DNA from: Deltaproteobacteria bacterium
Lineage (GTDB): Bacteria; Myxococcota; SpSt-1050; JACRCP01
Length of the DNA stretch: 61,956 nt
Reading direction: 5' to 3'
Assembly: GCA_016218965.1 (NCBI GenBank)
Contig: JACRCP010000146.1
Location: 1-61,956, forward strand
Below, piece by piece: positions 49,824 through 59,674 of this stretch. The translations under genes and the position numbers were made by a program. The notes beneath the pieces were generated by a model. It saw only the letters and a list, made by a program, of their open reading frames with translations, was not told where the DNA came from and did not search any database. Position 1 is the first letter of the stretch; each line of letters begins with the position of its first letter.

Positions 49824-52800
49824 TCATCTGAGAATGGAAACGTTCCCGTTCCCGTCGACGTTTGTCACCGCGATATCCTCGAAGCCGTCGCCGGACACGT
49901 CAAAACCGCCGACTGTCACCAAGCCATACTTGCCGGAACCGTCGACTTTGGCCGAGTAAGGATTCGCCACGCCGCCGGTCGAGGATTTGAAGAAGACCAC
50001 CCCTCCCTTTTTCCCGACGACCAAGAAACGCGAGGACGTTGCCGCATAATCGGCCGTAGCCGACAGCGTCTGGCCGAATTTCGAATTGACATCGGCGTCC
50101 CAAACGTTGCCGGCGGGCGTGACGCTCGCCTTCGACCCGGGCACGCCGAGATACTGGTACACCCGCGCAGCCACGTCGCCGATGAACAGATCCGAGGCGT
50201 CATCCTGCGAAAGGTCCCCGGCAAACACCGCCATTCCGAAGAACTGGGAATCTCCTGCGATTACGAGGTCGGGGTTTTTCGAACCACTCAAACCGGAAGC
50301 GCCGAATACCACAGCTGCTTCGCCGAAGCCCGTCGCGTCGACCCGGTCGTAGCCGAAAACGATGTCGCCGAAGTTGTCCTTGTCCACATCGCCGCAAGCC
50401 AAACTGCGAAACGCCCCCAGACTGCTGATCGGTCCCGGGATCGAAAACGCCGCAGCGCCAAGGTCCATCGTGCCGGGCAGTGTCGCCGACCCTTTCACCA
50501 CGTACACGTTTTCCCACCAAGTCGAGACCACGATATCTTCGAGCGGTTTTCCTGTAGTCGCGTGGACATCGTTGTTGTAGTTGCACCTGCGGTTGGCAAT
50601 GTTCCGGCCGAAGTTCGTGTCCGCTGTCGTATTGCTGATCACCACGTCCGGCTGGAGACTCGGGAGCGGATCGGCGGCCGCAACCGTTGTGATGCCGGAC
50701 GCCGAACCGTAGTACACATATACTTTTCCTGCCGCCACGCCCTCCGTTCCCGGAGCTCCAACAAGAACGTCATCGAACCCGTCGCCGTTGACGTCGCCGT
50801 AACTCACGGCCTGTCCGAAGTACCCGCTCGTGGGCCCGGATATGGTGACATCAGGCCGAACGCTGTTCCCGTAGTAGATTCGCAATTCGCCGTTGTTCGA
50901 GCTCATCGCCGGGGCGCCGACAACGATGTCGGCATAGGAATTGCCATCCAGGTTCAGAACGGCCATCGCCGAACCGAACTGCCCGCCGCCCCCGGTCGCG
51001 ATGCTCTGGACGATGAACGGCGTCCTGCGCTCGCGAGCGTACGCGAAGTTCGTCGACGAGCCGTTGTCGACGAAGTCAACCGATTTGACAGCGAGGCAAT
51101 AGTAGTTGTGGATCGTCAGGCCGCGGACGCGGGCGGTCTGGGTCTGGGCGGGATCGACGATTGTGTCTTTCTCAACACCGGTGCTGGAGGCAGTATTCCA
51201 GTCGAACCCCGAGCAATCGTGGTTGACGGAAGTGTCCATCTGCCACCGGACCTCGTAGTCCTTCACCTTGCCGCTGGTCGCGTCCTCGGCGTCGTCGGCC
51301 GGGGCGGTCCAGGCGAGGGTTACGTGGCCGCGCCGGCGCGAGCAGGTGCAGTTTGCGGCGTCGTAGTCGGCCGGGCTGCACTTGGTCGTCTTGCAGAGCG
51401 CTGCACACGCCGCCGGTTCGGTTTCTTCCTCCTCACCGGAGTCCGTCGTCTCGCCGATGCACGCGATGGGAGAGTATGCACCCTGGTACTTCGTGTCGCC
51501 CGGAGGGGTGACGTCGACGACCAGGTAGATGTGCGTCGGGTCGGCGGCCGGGTTTCCGACGAAGTCGCTCACCGCCACCGTGCAGTCGAACATGGAGTGT
51601 TTCGTGGGGAGCGACAGCGCCGTGAACTTCGCGGCATTCGAGGCCACCGCCACTGCGTTGTTGGTGAGCGCGAGTGGCGCGCCGCCGACGTTGCAGGTCA
51701 ACGTCGCGATCTGCCCGTTTTCGACGCCCGTCGTCTGGATGCTGATCTCCTCGCCCGCCTTGAACTGTAACCCGTTCCCGCCGTTTCCATCATTGTCGTT
51801 CGCGGCGGTGTACGTCTTGTCTGGAACAGCCGGGTTGCCGCCCGGCGTCGGATACGTGAACGCGACCGTCGGCGCATCGCCGTCGGCGAGTACACCGGTG
51901 ATCTCCTCGGTCGTCGAAATGTGTGACGTCGGGTCCTCGACCTGCGCCTTGAGTTTGTTGGTCGCCGTGTACTGGTTGAGGACCATGCTCACAAACGACG
52001 CCTTGCCGCCGCTCAGGGGCACCGAGGTCTGCTCGACGTCGTTGATCCACAGGCGCGCGTTTGTTCCCGAAAGCACGTCGCTCACGACGACAATGGTGGT
52101 TTTGTACACCCCGCCGCTCGTATCGGTCGCGTCGGTCTTGAGGAACTTCGCGCCGGTCGCCAGGTCATCCGCCGTGTTGGGCGTGCCGTCGCCGCCGAGC
52201 TTCTCGATTCCCACCGCGGGCACATTGAGGTTGACCGTGACGTACACCGAAGTCGAATACGTGATGTTGCCTTTGGCGTCGGTCGCCTTGAGCCGGAGTT
52301 CCTTTTCGCCCTTCGAGAGCGTGGGGTATGGAGCACCGCTGAACGCAAAGCTCGCATTGTCGGCCGAAAACGCCGCCGTGCCGTTTGTGACGGTCGTGAA
52401 CGTCCCGCCGCTCTTGGGCCGCCACTGGATTTCGACGGTGGTGTTGTCCGTCACGCCGGTGACGGACACGACAAAGGCGTCGGTCTGCAACCCGTTCTGC
52501 GGATCGCCGTCCTTGTCGTCGGTCCCCTCGAACACCCTGGGGCTTCCGGGATCGGGGTTGTTCGGGACCACGAAGGCGACGGCCGCCGCGATGGTGTCAA
52601 CGTCGACCTCCCGCGCCGCATTCGTTGTGTTTCCGACGACGTCGGAAAGCGATGCGGCGAGGTTGTTTGCGCCCTGGGCGAGGACGTAGGCGGTGAACGT
52701 CACTGTCCCGCCGGTGCCGCCCGTGATCGTGTATTCCGACGGGGCGGCGCCGCCGCTCAGCATGACCTTCTGGCCCACGAGCGAAATGTTGTCGCCAATC

Positions 52801-55800
52801 GGAACCGTCACCGTCACCTTCAGGTTCGTGCCGTCGAACACGCAGGAATACCCCGGATGGGCTGTGCACTCGCCCTGCGTGAGCCAGGCGCCGCTCTTGT
52901 ACTCGTCGGGAACGTCAAACGACAATGTCGGGGCGGTCCCGTCCGAGACGATCGGCACGATCGGCGAGCCGGACGTCGAATTCCCCGCCTTGTCCGCGAC
53001 GGATGCCGTCAGCGAGTGCGTCCCGTCGGAAAGCAGTATCAGGTTCGACGTGGCAAGCGAGAAGACAGCGCTGTTGCCCGACACCGTCACGGTGCCGATT
53101 GTCGTCGTTCCGTGATCAACGAGCGACAGGGTCTGGCCGTCCTCGACCCCCGTCGCGGTGACCGTGACGGAGGCGTGCAGCCCGTTTGCGATGTTGGAAT
53201 CGGCGTCCTCCGAGATCCCAAGAAGGATGTCAGGGGCCTTGTCGTTGCCCGCGTTGTTCGAGTTGATCACGATCCCCGCGATGGTCGGAAGCACCGAGTC
53301 CACCGTGATCTCGAACGTCCCGCTCTGGCTCTTGTTCCCGACGTCGTCTTTCGACTCCGCGAAGAGGCTGTAGGTCCCTTCGCTCATGTTTACCGTCTTG
53401 AGCGTCACTATTCCCGAGGCCGGTGAGCCGACGACCGATCCTTGAGCGATCGCTTTGAACAAACCCCCGCCGAAGTCGCATGCCGCGCCTCCGCCGCTCG
53501 GATCATTGGAACACAGTTTCACCGTCGACGCGTTCTTGAGCCCCTTCGTATTGACGTAGAAATCACCCTGGAACCCGGCCGCGGCGTCTGTGTCCAAGCT
53601 CTTGTTCCACGTGTATCTCTGCCCGTTGAGAAGTTCGACGCTGTTTTTGTCGAATACCCTCAGTTCAGGCGCACTGATGTCGACATTATATGAAACCTGC
53701 CCGGTGTCCGAGGCGTTCCCGGCATCGTCGGAGGTGTAGATCCTGACAAGGCTCACGCCCTCTTTGAGTTCGACCGGGAAGGCCAGGCTCTCGGACACGG
53801 CGTTCGACACTGTCTTGGTCGTCGAGTACGTCGTATCCCCGGTAATGACCAGATTGACCAGCTGGCCGACGCTTCCGCCTGCGACTATCACTCGGAACTC
53901 GTTTTGCAGGTCGGCCTTGAACAGGTCGAAGTCCTCGGCGATCCCCAACGTCGTCTTCGTCGGGTTCGTCACGGTCATGACCGGGGCCACGCGGTCGACG
54001 AGCAGGCTCACCGTGGCGGGGGCCGCGGGGTTGCCGGCAAGGTCCGACGCGGTGACCGTGAGAGACGGGTGGTCGTTGGCGGGGTTGTCCTCGTTTGCAA
54101 TCTTCACCTTCTTGAACGACACGCCGTTGTTAATGAACGTTCCGTTGACGGCGGCGGTCGCGCCGCCTTCGAAGGTCACGGTGAGCGTGGCCGCGGCCCC
54201 GTCCTCGAGCGCCGCCGATCCGCTTCCGCCGGCGATTGTCACGTCGACGAAGAAGCCGGTATCGAATGACGTGCTCACCGAAGCCAGGTTGAACACCTGG
54301 CCGTTCGTCGGCGAAGTGAAGGCCAGGGTCGGCGCCACCGTATCGACGGTGACCACCGCAGTCAGCGAATCGCCGGACTTGACCGCGTCGCCGCAATGCA
54401 CCTGGAGATCGTTGGCGCCCTCGACAAGCGTCACGCCGGCGGACCCGAACGTCACCTGCCCGCCGGACACGGTCGCCGCCGCAACCGACGTGTCCGAGCC
54501 GTGCTTGATTGTGAGCAGGCAGGCCGAGCCGTCCGGGGCGTTCGTCTCGGCGGTGACATCGACCTGCACGCCGTCCTTGGCGCCGTCCTTGTCCGCGGCG
54601 GCCGAAAGGTATGCGCCGTCGGCGGGGTCGGTGACGTTGATGGTGTAGCGGCCCGTGTCTACGGTCACTGTCACCTGGGCCGAGCCGGTCTTGCCGAGAT
54701 CGCTCGTGTACGTGGCGGTCAGAACAAACTGCCCCTCCGGGAGCGAAACGCCGGTCCACGTGAGCCGCACGCCGTTTCCGCTGGTGACAGCGGGGGCCGA
54801 GTTGATCGCCGCGCCGGTCTTGCCGTTTTGGGTGATCGTGAGCTTGGCGACGCCACCCACCTTGACGCCCGTCGCATCGACGATCACGTCGTACTGCAGT
54901 CCGTTGGCAAGGTTCGCGTCCTTGTCGGCATTTGCGTCCAGCGTCGCCTGGTCGGTGGGGGCAACGAACGTGAGGACCGGCACGCTCTGATCGACCGTGA
55001 CGTGAACCGTGGCGGCCGGAGCGGGGTTGCCGGCCTTGTCGCTTACGTTGGCGGTCAGCAGATTGGGCTGGCTCGCCGCGTCGGTGATGAGAGGCAGGTC
55101 GGCGAACGTGACGCGATTGTTCGCCGCCGCGGCGTCGACGTCGAGGCAGTTCTGCGCGTCCTTGTCGCACCTCGACAGCTTCACCGTCTGCCCGTTTTCG
55201 ACACCCGTCATCTGCAAATTCACGGTGATCGCGTTGGAATCCACGACGTCGTTGTCGAGCGGCGCGGCGAACGCGATGGTGGGAGCATGGATATCGACGG
55301 AAACCTGCATCGGGTCGGGCACCTGCGTGGCCTCGACGTCCGCCTTGCTCCTGACCACCGCGTCAAGAAGGATCGCACTGCCTTCGGGAAGCGTGACGTA
55401 CTGGTCGGCGAAAACCGCTGCGTTGTTCATGACCGTGAACGCAAACGGCGAACTCCCCGAGATGCGCAGCTCGCCGGCCTGCCCATCCTCGACGTGTTGC
55501 GTGTCAAGCGCAATCTTGCTCGTCTGCAGGCCGTTGGCGGCGTTCCCGTCCTCGTCGTCCGAAGCGAGCAGCGCCTGGTCGTTTGCCGGCCACATGAACT
55601 GGATCGTCGGGATGTCGAGATCGATGAAGACCGTGGTGTCCGCGGTTTCGTAGTAGTTCCCGCTGGCGTCCTCAACCCTGATCCGAAGCTTGTGCGTGCC
55701 TGGGTCGATGGTCACGCCGTCGAACCTGAAGTCCCCGGCGTTCGGTGTGCCCCAGGTATCGGTGGCGTTTGCGCCCAAGACCACGGTCTGCGGAGAAGGG

Positions 55801-57152
55801 TTCGTCGCGTCGATGAGAAGAACGACCTTCTCTTTGGCAACAACCCCCGTCGTTGTGCCTTCAATGACGATCTGGAAACCCGGGAACGGGCTGAAATCCC
55901 TCGAGGCGTTGAAGTACTCCTGGTCCGCCGGAATCGTTATCGCTGCGCCCGGGAGCACCGAATCCACCTTCGCGTGAACCTCCAGCGCCGTGCCCGAACG
56001 GAGGTCCGTGCCGACGGTTTCGTCGACCCTGGCGGCCACGGTGATCTGGACGCCGTCCATGGGCGCGGTTTCGTCCAGCGTCAGCTGCAACTTGGAGCCC
56101 CCGCGCCCCGTCTGCGCGTCCTTGGTCACCTGGGATTTCTTCTCGACCGGACTCCCCGCCGCGGGCGTGATCGTCCACGTGACCTCGGAGTTCTCGGAAC
56201 AGCGGCTGTTCCATGTTTCGTAGGCGGTCTCCACCTCGATCTCGGCCTGCATCCCGGCGGTCTGGGGATCGAGGTCCAGCACCACCTTCGGGACGACCCC
56301 GTTTTCGAGGTAGACCGCGCCGTCCTCGGGTTTCAGGATCCGGACGAGACACCCGCCCGTGTTGACGGTCGCGTGGACCGCGATGATGGTCGCGTTCTTC
56401 CCGGCGTTGTTGTGCGCCGCCGCAGTGAGCTCGTTTGCACCCTCGGCAAAGGTCACGGAGTTGAAGATGACGTTGCCCGCGACCACCTTCTGCGAGCTTC
56501 CGGCCTTCACGTCGTTCACGAACAGCGCAACATCGTTGTCCGACTCCACCCCGTGGCATTCCATCGTGACGTTGTACTGAAACCCGGGCGTCGCACCGTC
56601 GGCATCGTGTTCGCTCGTGAAAGCGTCCCCCTCCTTCGGCGCGGTGAACGTGCAGAAGACCGCGTCGTCGGCCGTCACGGTGGCTTTTGCCGTTGCGGCC
56701 CTCCCCGCCTTGGTGGACGTCGAAACCGAGAGGATGTTCTGGCCGTTCGCAAACGTCATCGCCTCGAACACGACGGTCGCCTTCTTCGTCGCCGGGTCCA
56801 CGGCGCCCACCGGCGCCGTTTTCGGAATGGGGTTGCCGGTCGCGTCGACATTGGTGGAATTCGTGAAGACCACCGCCCGGCCGGTTTCGACGTATTGGGT
56901 CTCGACCGTGACGTCGTACTGGATGCCGTCGAGCACGGAGCTCGTGTCGTCGGTCGAAGTCAACTGCTTCCCGTCAAGCACAGGCACGAACTTGACCGTC
57001 GGGGTCTGGGGGACTCCTCCGTCGGGGGTCGCGGCGTCGCCCGCGGCGCCGTCCTTGGTCTGGCCGTCGTCATCGCCGTCACAGCCGCACCCGGGCAGCA
57101 TCGAGAGACAGGCCAGAAGCGCGATCAGGGACGCAAGAAGTGAATTCCTCAT
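49824..57152 (-). CDS. Giant (2442 aa) surface lipoprotein: many Ig-like/cadherin-like repeats, an FN3-like domain and a C-terminal FG-GAP (integrin-alpha-like) propeller
   Basis: Lipobox MRNSLLASLIALLACLSMLPGCG. Dozens of roughly 90-100-aa beta-sandwich-like repeats (..VTVTA.., ..LTA.V.D.AGN..). FG-GAP loops LDGNSYADIVVGAP, DVNGDGFDDVLVGAP, GDVDKDNFGDIVFG, DVSGDGFEDIAVTN. GGAGGG RBS. Confidence 0.88.
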   Translation of the reverse strand: MRNSLLASLIALLACLSMLPGCGCDGDDDGQTKDGAAGDAATPDGGVPQTPTVKFVPVLDGKQLTSTDDTSSVLDGIQYDVTVETQYVETGRAVVFTNSTNVDATGNPIPKTAPVGAVDPATKKATVVFEAMTFANGQNILSVSTSTKAGRAATAKATVTADDAVFCTFTAPKEGDAFTSEHDADGATPGFQYNVTMECHGVESDNDVALFVNDVKAGSSQKVVAGNVIFNSVTFAEGANELTAAAHNNAGKNATIIAVHATVNTGGCLVRILKPEDGAVYLENGVVPKVVLDLDPQTAGMQAEIEVETAYETWNSRCSENSEVTWTITPAAGSPVEKKSQVTKDAQTGRGGSKLQLTLDETAPMDGVQITVAARVDETVGTDLRSGTALEVHAKVDSVLPGAAITIPADQEYFNASRDFSPFPGFQIVIEGTTTGVVAKEKVVLLIDATNPSPQTVVLGANATDTWGTPNAGDFRFDGVTIDPGTHKLRIRVEDASGNYYETADTTVFIDLDIPTIQFMWPANDQALLASDDEDGNAANGLQTSKIALDTQHVEDGQAGELRISGSSPFAFTVMNNAAVFADQYVTLPEGSAILLDAVVRSKADVEATQVPDPMQVSVDIHAPTIAFAAPLDNDVVDSNAITVNLQMTGVENGQTVKLSRCDKDAQNCLDVDAAAANNRVTFADLPLITDAASQPNLLTANVSDKAGNPAPAATVHVTVDQSVPVLTFVAPTDQATLDANADKDANLANGLQYDVIVDATGVKVGGVAKLTITQNGKTGAAINSAPAVTSGNGVRLTWTGVSLPEGQFVLTATYTSDLGKTGSAQVTVTVDTGRYTINVTDPADGAYLSAAADKDGAKDGVQVDVTAETNAPDGSACLLTIKHGSDTSVAAATVSGGQVTFGSAGVTLVEGANDLQVHCGDAVKSGDSLTAVVTVDTVAPTLAFTSPTNGQVFNLASVSTSFDTGFFVDVTIAGGSGSAALEDGAAATLTVTFEGGATAAVNGTFINNGVSFKKVKIANEDNPANDHPSLTVTASDLAGNPAAPATVSLLVDRVAPVMTVTNPTKTTLGIAEDFDLFKADLQNEFRVIVAGGSVGQLVNLVITGDTTYSTTKTVSNAVSESLAFPVELKEGVSLVRIYTSDDAGNASDTGQVSYNVDISAPELRVFDKNSVELLNGQRYTWNKSLDTDAAAGFQGDFYVNTKGLKNASTVKLCSNDPSGGGAACDFGGGLFKAIAQGSVVGSPASGIVTLKTVNMSEGTYSLFAESKDDVGNKSQSGTFEITVDSVLPTIAGIVINSNNAGNDKAPDILLGISEDADSNIANGLHASVTVTATGVEDGQTLSLVDHGTTTIGTVTVSGNSAVFSLATSNLILLSDGTHSLTASVADKAGNSTSGSPIVPIVSDGTAPTLSFDVPDEYKSGAWLTQGECTAHPGYSCVFDGTNLKVTVTVPIGDNISLVGQKVMLSGGAAPSEYTITGGTGGTVTFTAYVLAQGANNLAASLSDVVGNTTNAAREVDVDTIAAAVAFVVPNNPDPGSPRVFEGTDDKDGDPQNGLQTDAFVVSVTGVTDNTTVEIQWRPKSGGTFTTVTNGTAAFSADNASFAFSGAPYPTLSKGEKELRLKATDAKGNITYSTSVYVTVNLNVPAVGIEKLGGDGTPNTADDLATGAKFLKTDATDTSGGVYKTTIVVVSDVLSGTNARLWINDVEQTSVPLSGGKASFVSMVLNQYTATNKLKAQVEDPTSHISTTEEITGVLADGDAPTVAFTYPTPGGNPAVPDKTYTAANDNDGNGGNGLQFKAGEEISIQTTGVENGQIATLTCNVGGAPLALTNNAVAVASNAAKFTALSLPTKHSMFDCTVAVSDFVGNPAADPTHIYLVVDVTPPGDTKYQGAYSPIACIGETTDSGEEEETEPAACAALCKTTKCSPADYDAANCTCSRRRGHVTLAWTAPADDAEDATSGKVKDYEVRWQMDTSVNHDCSGFDWNTASSTGVEKDTIVDPAQTQTARVRGLTIHNYYCLAVKSVDFVDNGSSTNFAYARERRTPFIVQSIATGGGGQFGSAMAVLNLDGNSYADIVVGAPAMSSNNGELRIYYGNSVRPDVTISGPTSGYFGQAVSYGDVNGDGFDDVLVGAPGTEGVAAGKVYVYYGSASGITTVAAADPLPSLQPDVVISNTTADTNFGRNIANRRCNYNNDVHATTGKPLEDIVVSTWWENVYVVKGSATLPGTMDLGAAAFSIPGPISSLGAFRSLACGDVDKDNFGDIVFGYDRVDATGFGEAAVVFGASGLSGSKNPDLVIAGDSQFFGMAVFAGDLSQDDASDLFIGDVAARVYQYLGVPGSKASVTPAGNVWDADVNSKFGQTLSATADYAATSSRFLVVGKKGGVVFFKSSTGGVANPYSAKVDGSGKYGLVTVGGFDVSGDGFEDIAVTNVDGNGNVSILR

Positions 57153-57286
57153 GTCACACCCTCCACAGTCGTCGGCGCATGTTCCTCGTGGTTGAAAAAT
57201 CGTCTTCATATGGTACCATACCTCCGCCCTATTGCAAGCGGCAAAAAACGGGCGGAGAAGACTTTGCCGAAACGGAGAAGGCACAG

Positions 57287-57649
57287 ATGAAGAAGAAAAC
57301 ACGAGTACGAACCCGGGAAAAGCCCGCACGGAAGACCGCGGAAAACCGGGGGTTGTTGGCCCGGTTTGCGGTTCACAATCCCGATGTCGCATGGCGGATC
57401 GTGGACGGCGAAGCCGCCGTCGTCACACCGGCCGACGGGACTCTCCACCTGCTCAACGAGGTCGGGACCGCAATCTGGCTTTTGGCCGAGAAACCCGTCA
57501 GCCTCTCTTCGGTCGTCGACCGCATCACCGCCGAGTTCGAAGTGAAGCGGACCACAGCCGGGGCCGACGTGGCGGCGTTTGTCGAGGACCTCGCGGCAAA
57601 GCAATTGCTCATTGTCGCCGCCGCCAAGAAGCTCCTTCGCGCCGGCTGA
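57287..57649 (+). CDS. PqqD-family protein (stand-alone RiPP-recognition-element-like)
   Basis: ..VAWRIVDGEAAVVTPADGTLHLLNEVGTAIWLLAEKPVSLSSVVDRITAEFEVKRTTAGADVAAFVEDLAAKQLL is the typical PqqD fold pattern. GGAGAAGG RBS before ATG 57287. Basic N-terminal extension. Confidence 0.8.
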   Translation: MKKKTRVRTREKPARKTAENRGLLARFAVHNPDVAWRIVDGEAAVVTPADGTLHLLNEVGTAIWLLAEKPVSLSSVVDRITAEFEVKRTTAGADVAAFVEDLAAKQLLIVAAAKKLLRAG

Positions 57650-57672
57650 CCGCGCGCCGGCACGGACAAGCC

Positions 57673-59646
57673 TCACCGCGAATCCGGCGCGGCCGGTTTC
57701 GGGCCGGGCGGCGGCCAGACCCGGTTCTGCTCGATCAGCTTCTGGTTGAAGAAGATCACTGACAGTTCCTTGCGGAGGCTCTCGATCTCGCCCCGCCGCT
57801 CGGGGCTGCCGGCGAGGTCCGCGGATTCCGTCGGGTCGCCGGCCAGATCAAACAAGAACTCGCGATTCGTGCGAACGTGCTTGACGTATTTCCACGGCCA
57901 CCGAACGACGGCGAGGTGTTGGCCGTCATATGGCTGGATCAAGTGCGCGGTCCGCGGCGCTCCCGTGTCGGAGCCGAAGACCGACCGCCCGGTGAAGTGG
58001 TTTTCGACGTTCAGGCCCAGAAGGCCCAGAAGCGTCGGCGCCACGTCCACCTGCGAGAAGGCGCGGCCCCGGATCACGCGCGGCGGGACGTGCCCCTCCC
58101 AGAGAAGGAGCGCGGGGGTCCGGAAGTTCTCTTCGAAGGCCGCAACTTCGTTGTGGTGGTTGCCGTGCTCCTCGATGGGAAAGCCGTGGTCCCCGACAAT
58201 CACGACTATCGAGTTCCTCAGGTGTTCGCGCCGCTGGAGCTTGAAGAAGAACTCTCGCATGTAGTGGTCCGACAGGAAGATCGAGTTCGAGTAGTTTTGG
58301 AAATATCCCGGCCCGTTCGGCTCGGGGTACAGGTGCTTCTGCGCCGGCGGCATCTCGTCGAACTTCATGTGGTTCGAGATCGCCGCAATGAAGACGAAGT
58401 ACCTCCTGGGGGCTTCCCGCGCGTCCTGGGCGAGGCGCTCCTCGCGTTCGTCGAGGAACTCGAACACCCGCCTGTACAGGATGTTGTCCTGAACGCCCCA
58501 GCCCCACTTGTACTTCTTGTCGATCCCTTGGGCGAACTCCCGGTCCATCGCCTTGACGTCCTCGAACCCGACGCGCTTCATCGCCTCGCCGGTGCGGTCG
58601 AACCCGAGGTCGTCGCCCCCTGTGAAGAACATCGTCTGGTAGCCTTTCTCGCGAAGGATCTCGGGGAGGCAGTGGAGGCGGAGCGACCGGTGCGACGTGA
58701 ATACCTTCCGCTTCATGCTGGGCAGGATCGAGCACAAGAGCGCAAGATGGCCGCGGGCCGTCTGCACCGAATTCCCGTAGAAGCGGTCGAGCAGCACCCC
58801 TCTTCGGGACAGGGAGTTGAGAAAGGGGGTGAACTCCTTTCCCTCGGGCGTGCTGGCTCGAACGAAGTTCGCGTTGAACGACTCGACCGCGATGATGAAG
58901 ACGTTCGGGAGTTCCTCCAACGACCGTTCCGGCGCTCCGCGCGGCGCCTGCTTGACCAACGGAAAGGCCGCGTCCGCATCGATTCCTTTTTGCCGGAGGA
59001 AGGCCGTGTCGAGTTGTTCCGAACGGGGGAGGTAGTATCTGAACGCCGTTTGGAAGAAGTAGATTGCGTCGTCGAGCGTGTTGACCGGGGCTGCAAGAAC
59101 CGCGGCATAGACCAGACCGCTGACCGCGAGGCGCGCCTTCCAGTTTGGCGGCCGGCCCCACCTCGAGATGATGCGCACCCAGTACTCGAGCACCAGCACC
59201 ACGCCGACGAACACCCATAGCATCAGGAACGCCCATTTCCCGAAGCCGGTGAAGATGAGGATCAGGGACTCCCTGAAGAAGATCTCGCGGAAGTTGTCGT
59301 GGAGCAGGGCATAGTCGAGGCTCGCCCGGGTGTCGAAATGAAAGAGGATGAGGAACGTGTACAGGGCGAGAAGCGCAAGGTTCGCGGCAACGAGAAGGAA
59401 ACGCCGGCCCCACAACGCCAGGTTGACCAACTGGAAGAGCGCAACCTGGGCCGCAAACGTCAACGCGACGACGACGGCGCCGGTGAGGTCCGACGTAATG
59501 CGAACGGCCCGCAGCTCCTCCGGCAGCGCCAGGAACGCCGTCTGGAGCGCCAAAACCGCCAGCGTCGCCGGGTAGAGCCGGACGAGGTTGTACCGCCCGA
59601 GCGCGTCGGGCACCCGCGCCGCAAGTCCGCTCTTCAAGAGTGACAT
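57673..59646 (-). CDS. LTA-synthase-family membrane protein (N-terminal TM helices + extracellular sulfatase/alkaline-phosphatase domain)
   Basis: About 5 N-terminal TM helices, then NVFIIAVESFNANF, ..TARGHLALLCS.. and VIVGDHGFP, the sulfatase-superfamily metal-binding blocks. Confidence 0.88.
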   Translation of the reverse strand: MSLLKSGLAARVPDALGRYNLVRLYPATLAVLALQTAFLALPEELRAVRITSDLTGAVVVALTFAAQVALFQLVNLALWGRRFLLVAANLALLALYTFLILFHFDTRASLDYALLHDNFREIFFRESLILIFTGFGKWAFLMLWVFVGVVLVLEYWVRIISRWGRPPNWKARLAVSGLVYAAVLAAPVNTLDDAIYFFQTAFRYYLPRSEQLDTAFLRQKGIDADAAFPLVKQAPRGAPERSLEELPNVFIIAVESFNANFVRASTPEGKEFTPFLNSLSRRGVLLDRFYGNSVQTARGHLALLCSILPSMKRKVFTSHRSLRLHCLPEILREKGYQTMFFTGGDDLGFDRTGEAMKRVGFEDVKAMDREFAQGIDKKYKWGWGVQDNILYRRVFEFLDEREERLAQDAREAPRRYFVFIAAISNHMKFDEMPPAQKHLYPEPNGPGYFQNYSNSIFLSDHYMREFFFKLQRREHLRNSIVVIVGDHGFPIEEHGNHHNEVAAFEENFRTPALLLWEGHVPPRVIRGRAFSQVDVAPTLLGLLGLNVENHFTGRSVFGSDTGAPRTAHLIQPYDGQHLAVVRWPWKYVKHVRTNREFLFDLAGDPTESADLAGSPERRGEIESLRKELSVIFFNQKLIEQNRVWPPPGPKPAAPDSR

Positions 59647-59674
59647 CTCGCGCAGACCGGCCTTTGGACGGCCC

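Noticed and set aside
49764-57143. 668-aa and 915-aa plus-strand ORFs (49764-51770, 54396-57143), and several 200-400-aa ORFs inside the giant gene.
   Set aside because: All are antisense or out of frame to the 2442-aa lipoprotein gene, are Arg/Gly/Val/Asp-rich and have no motifs. Shadow ORFs.
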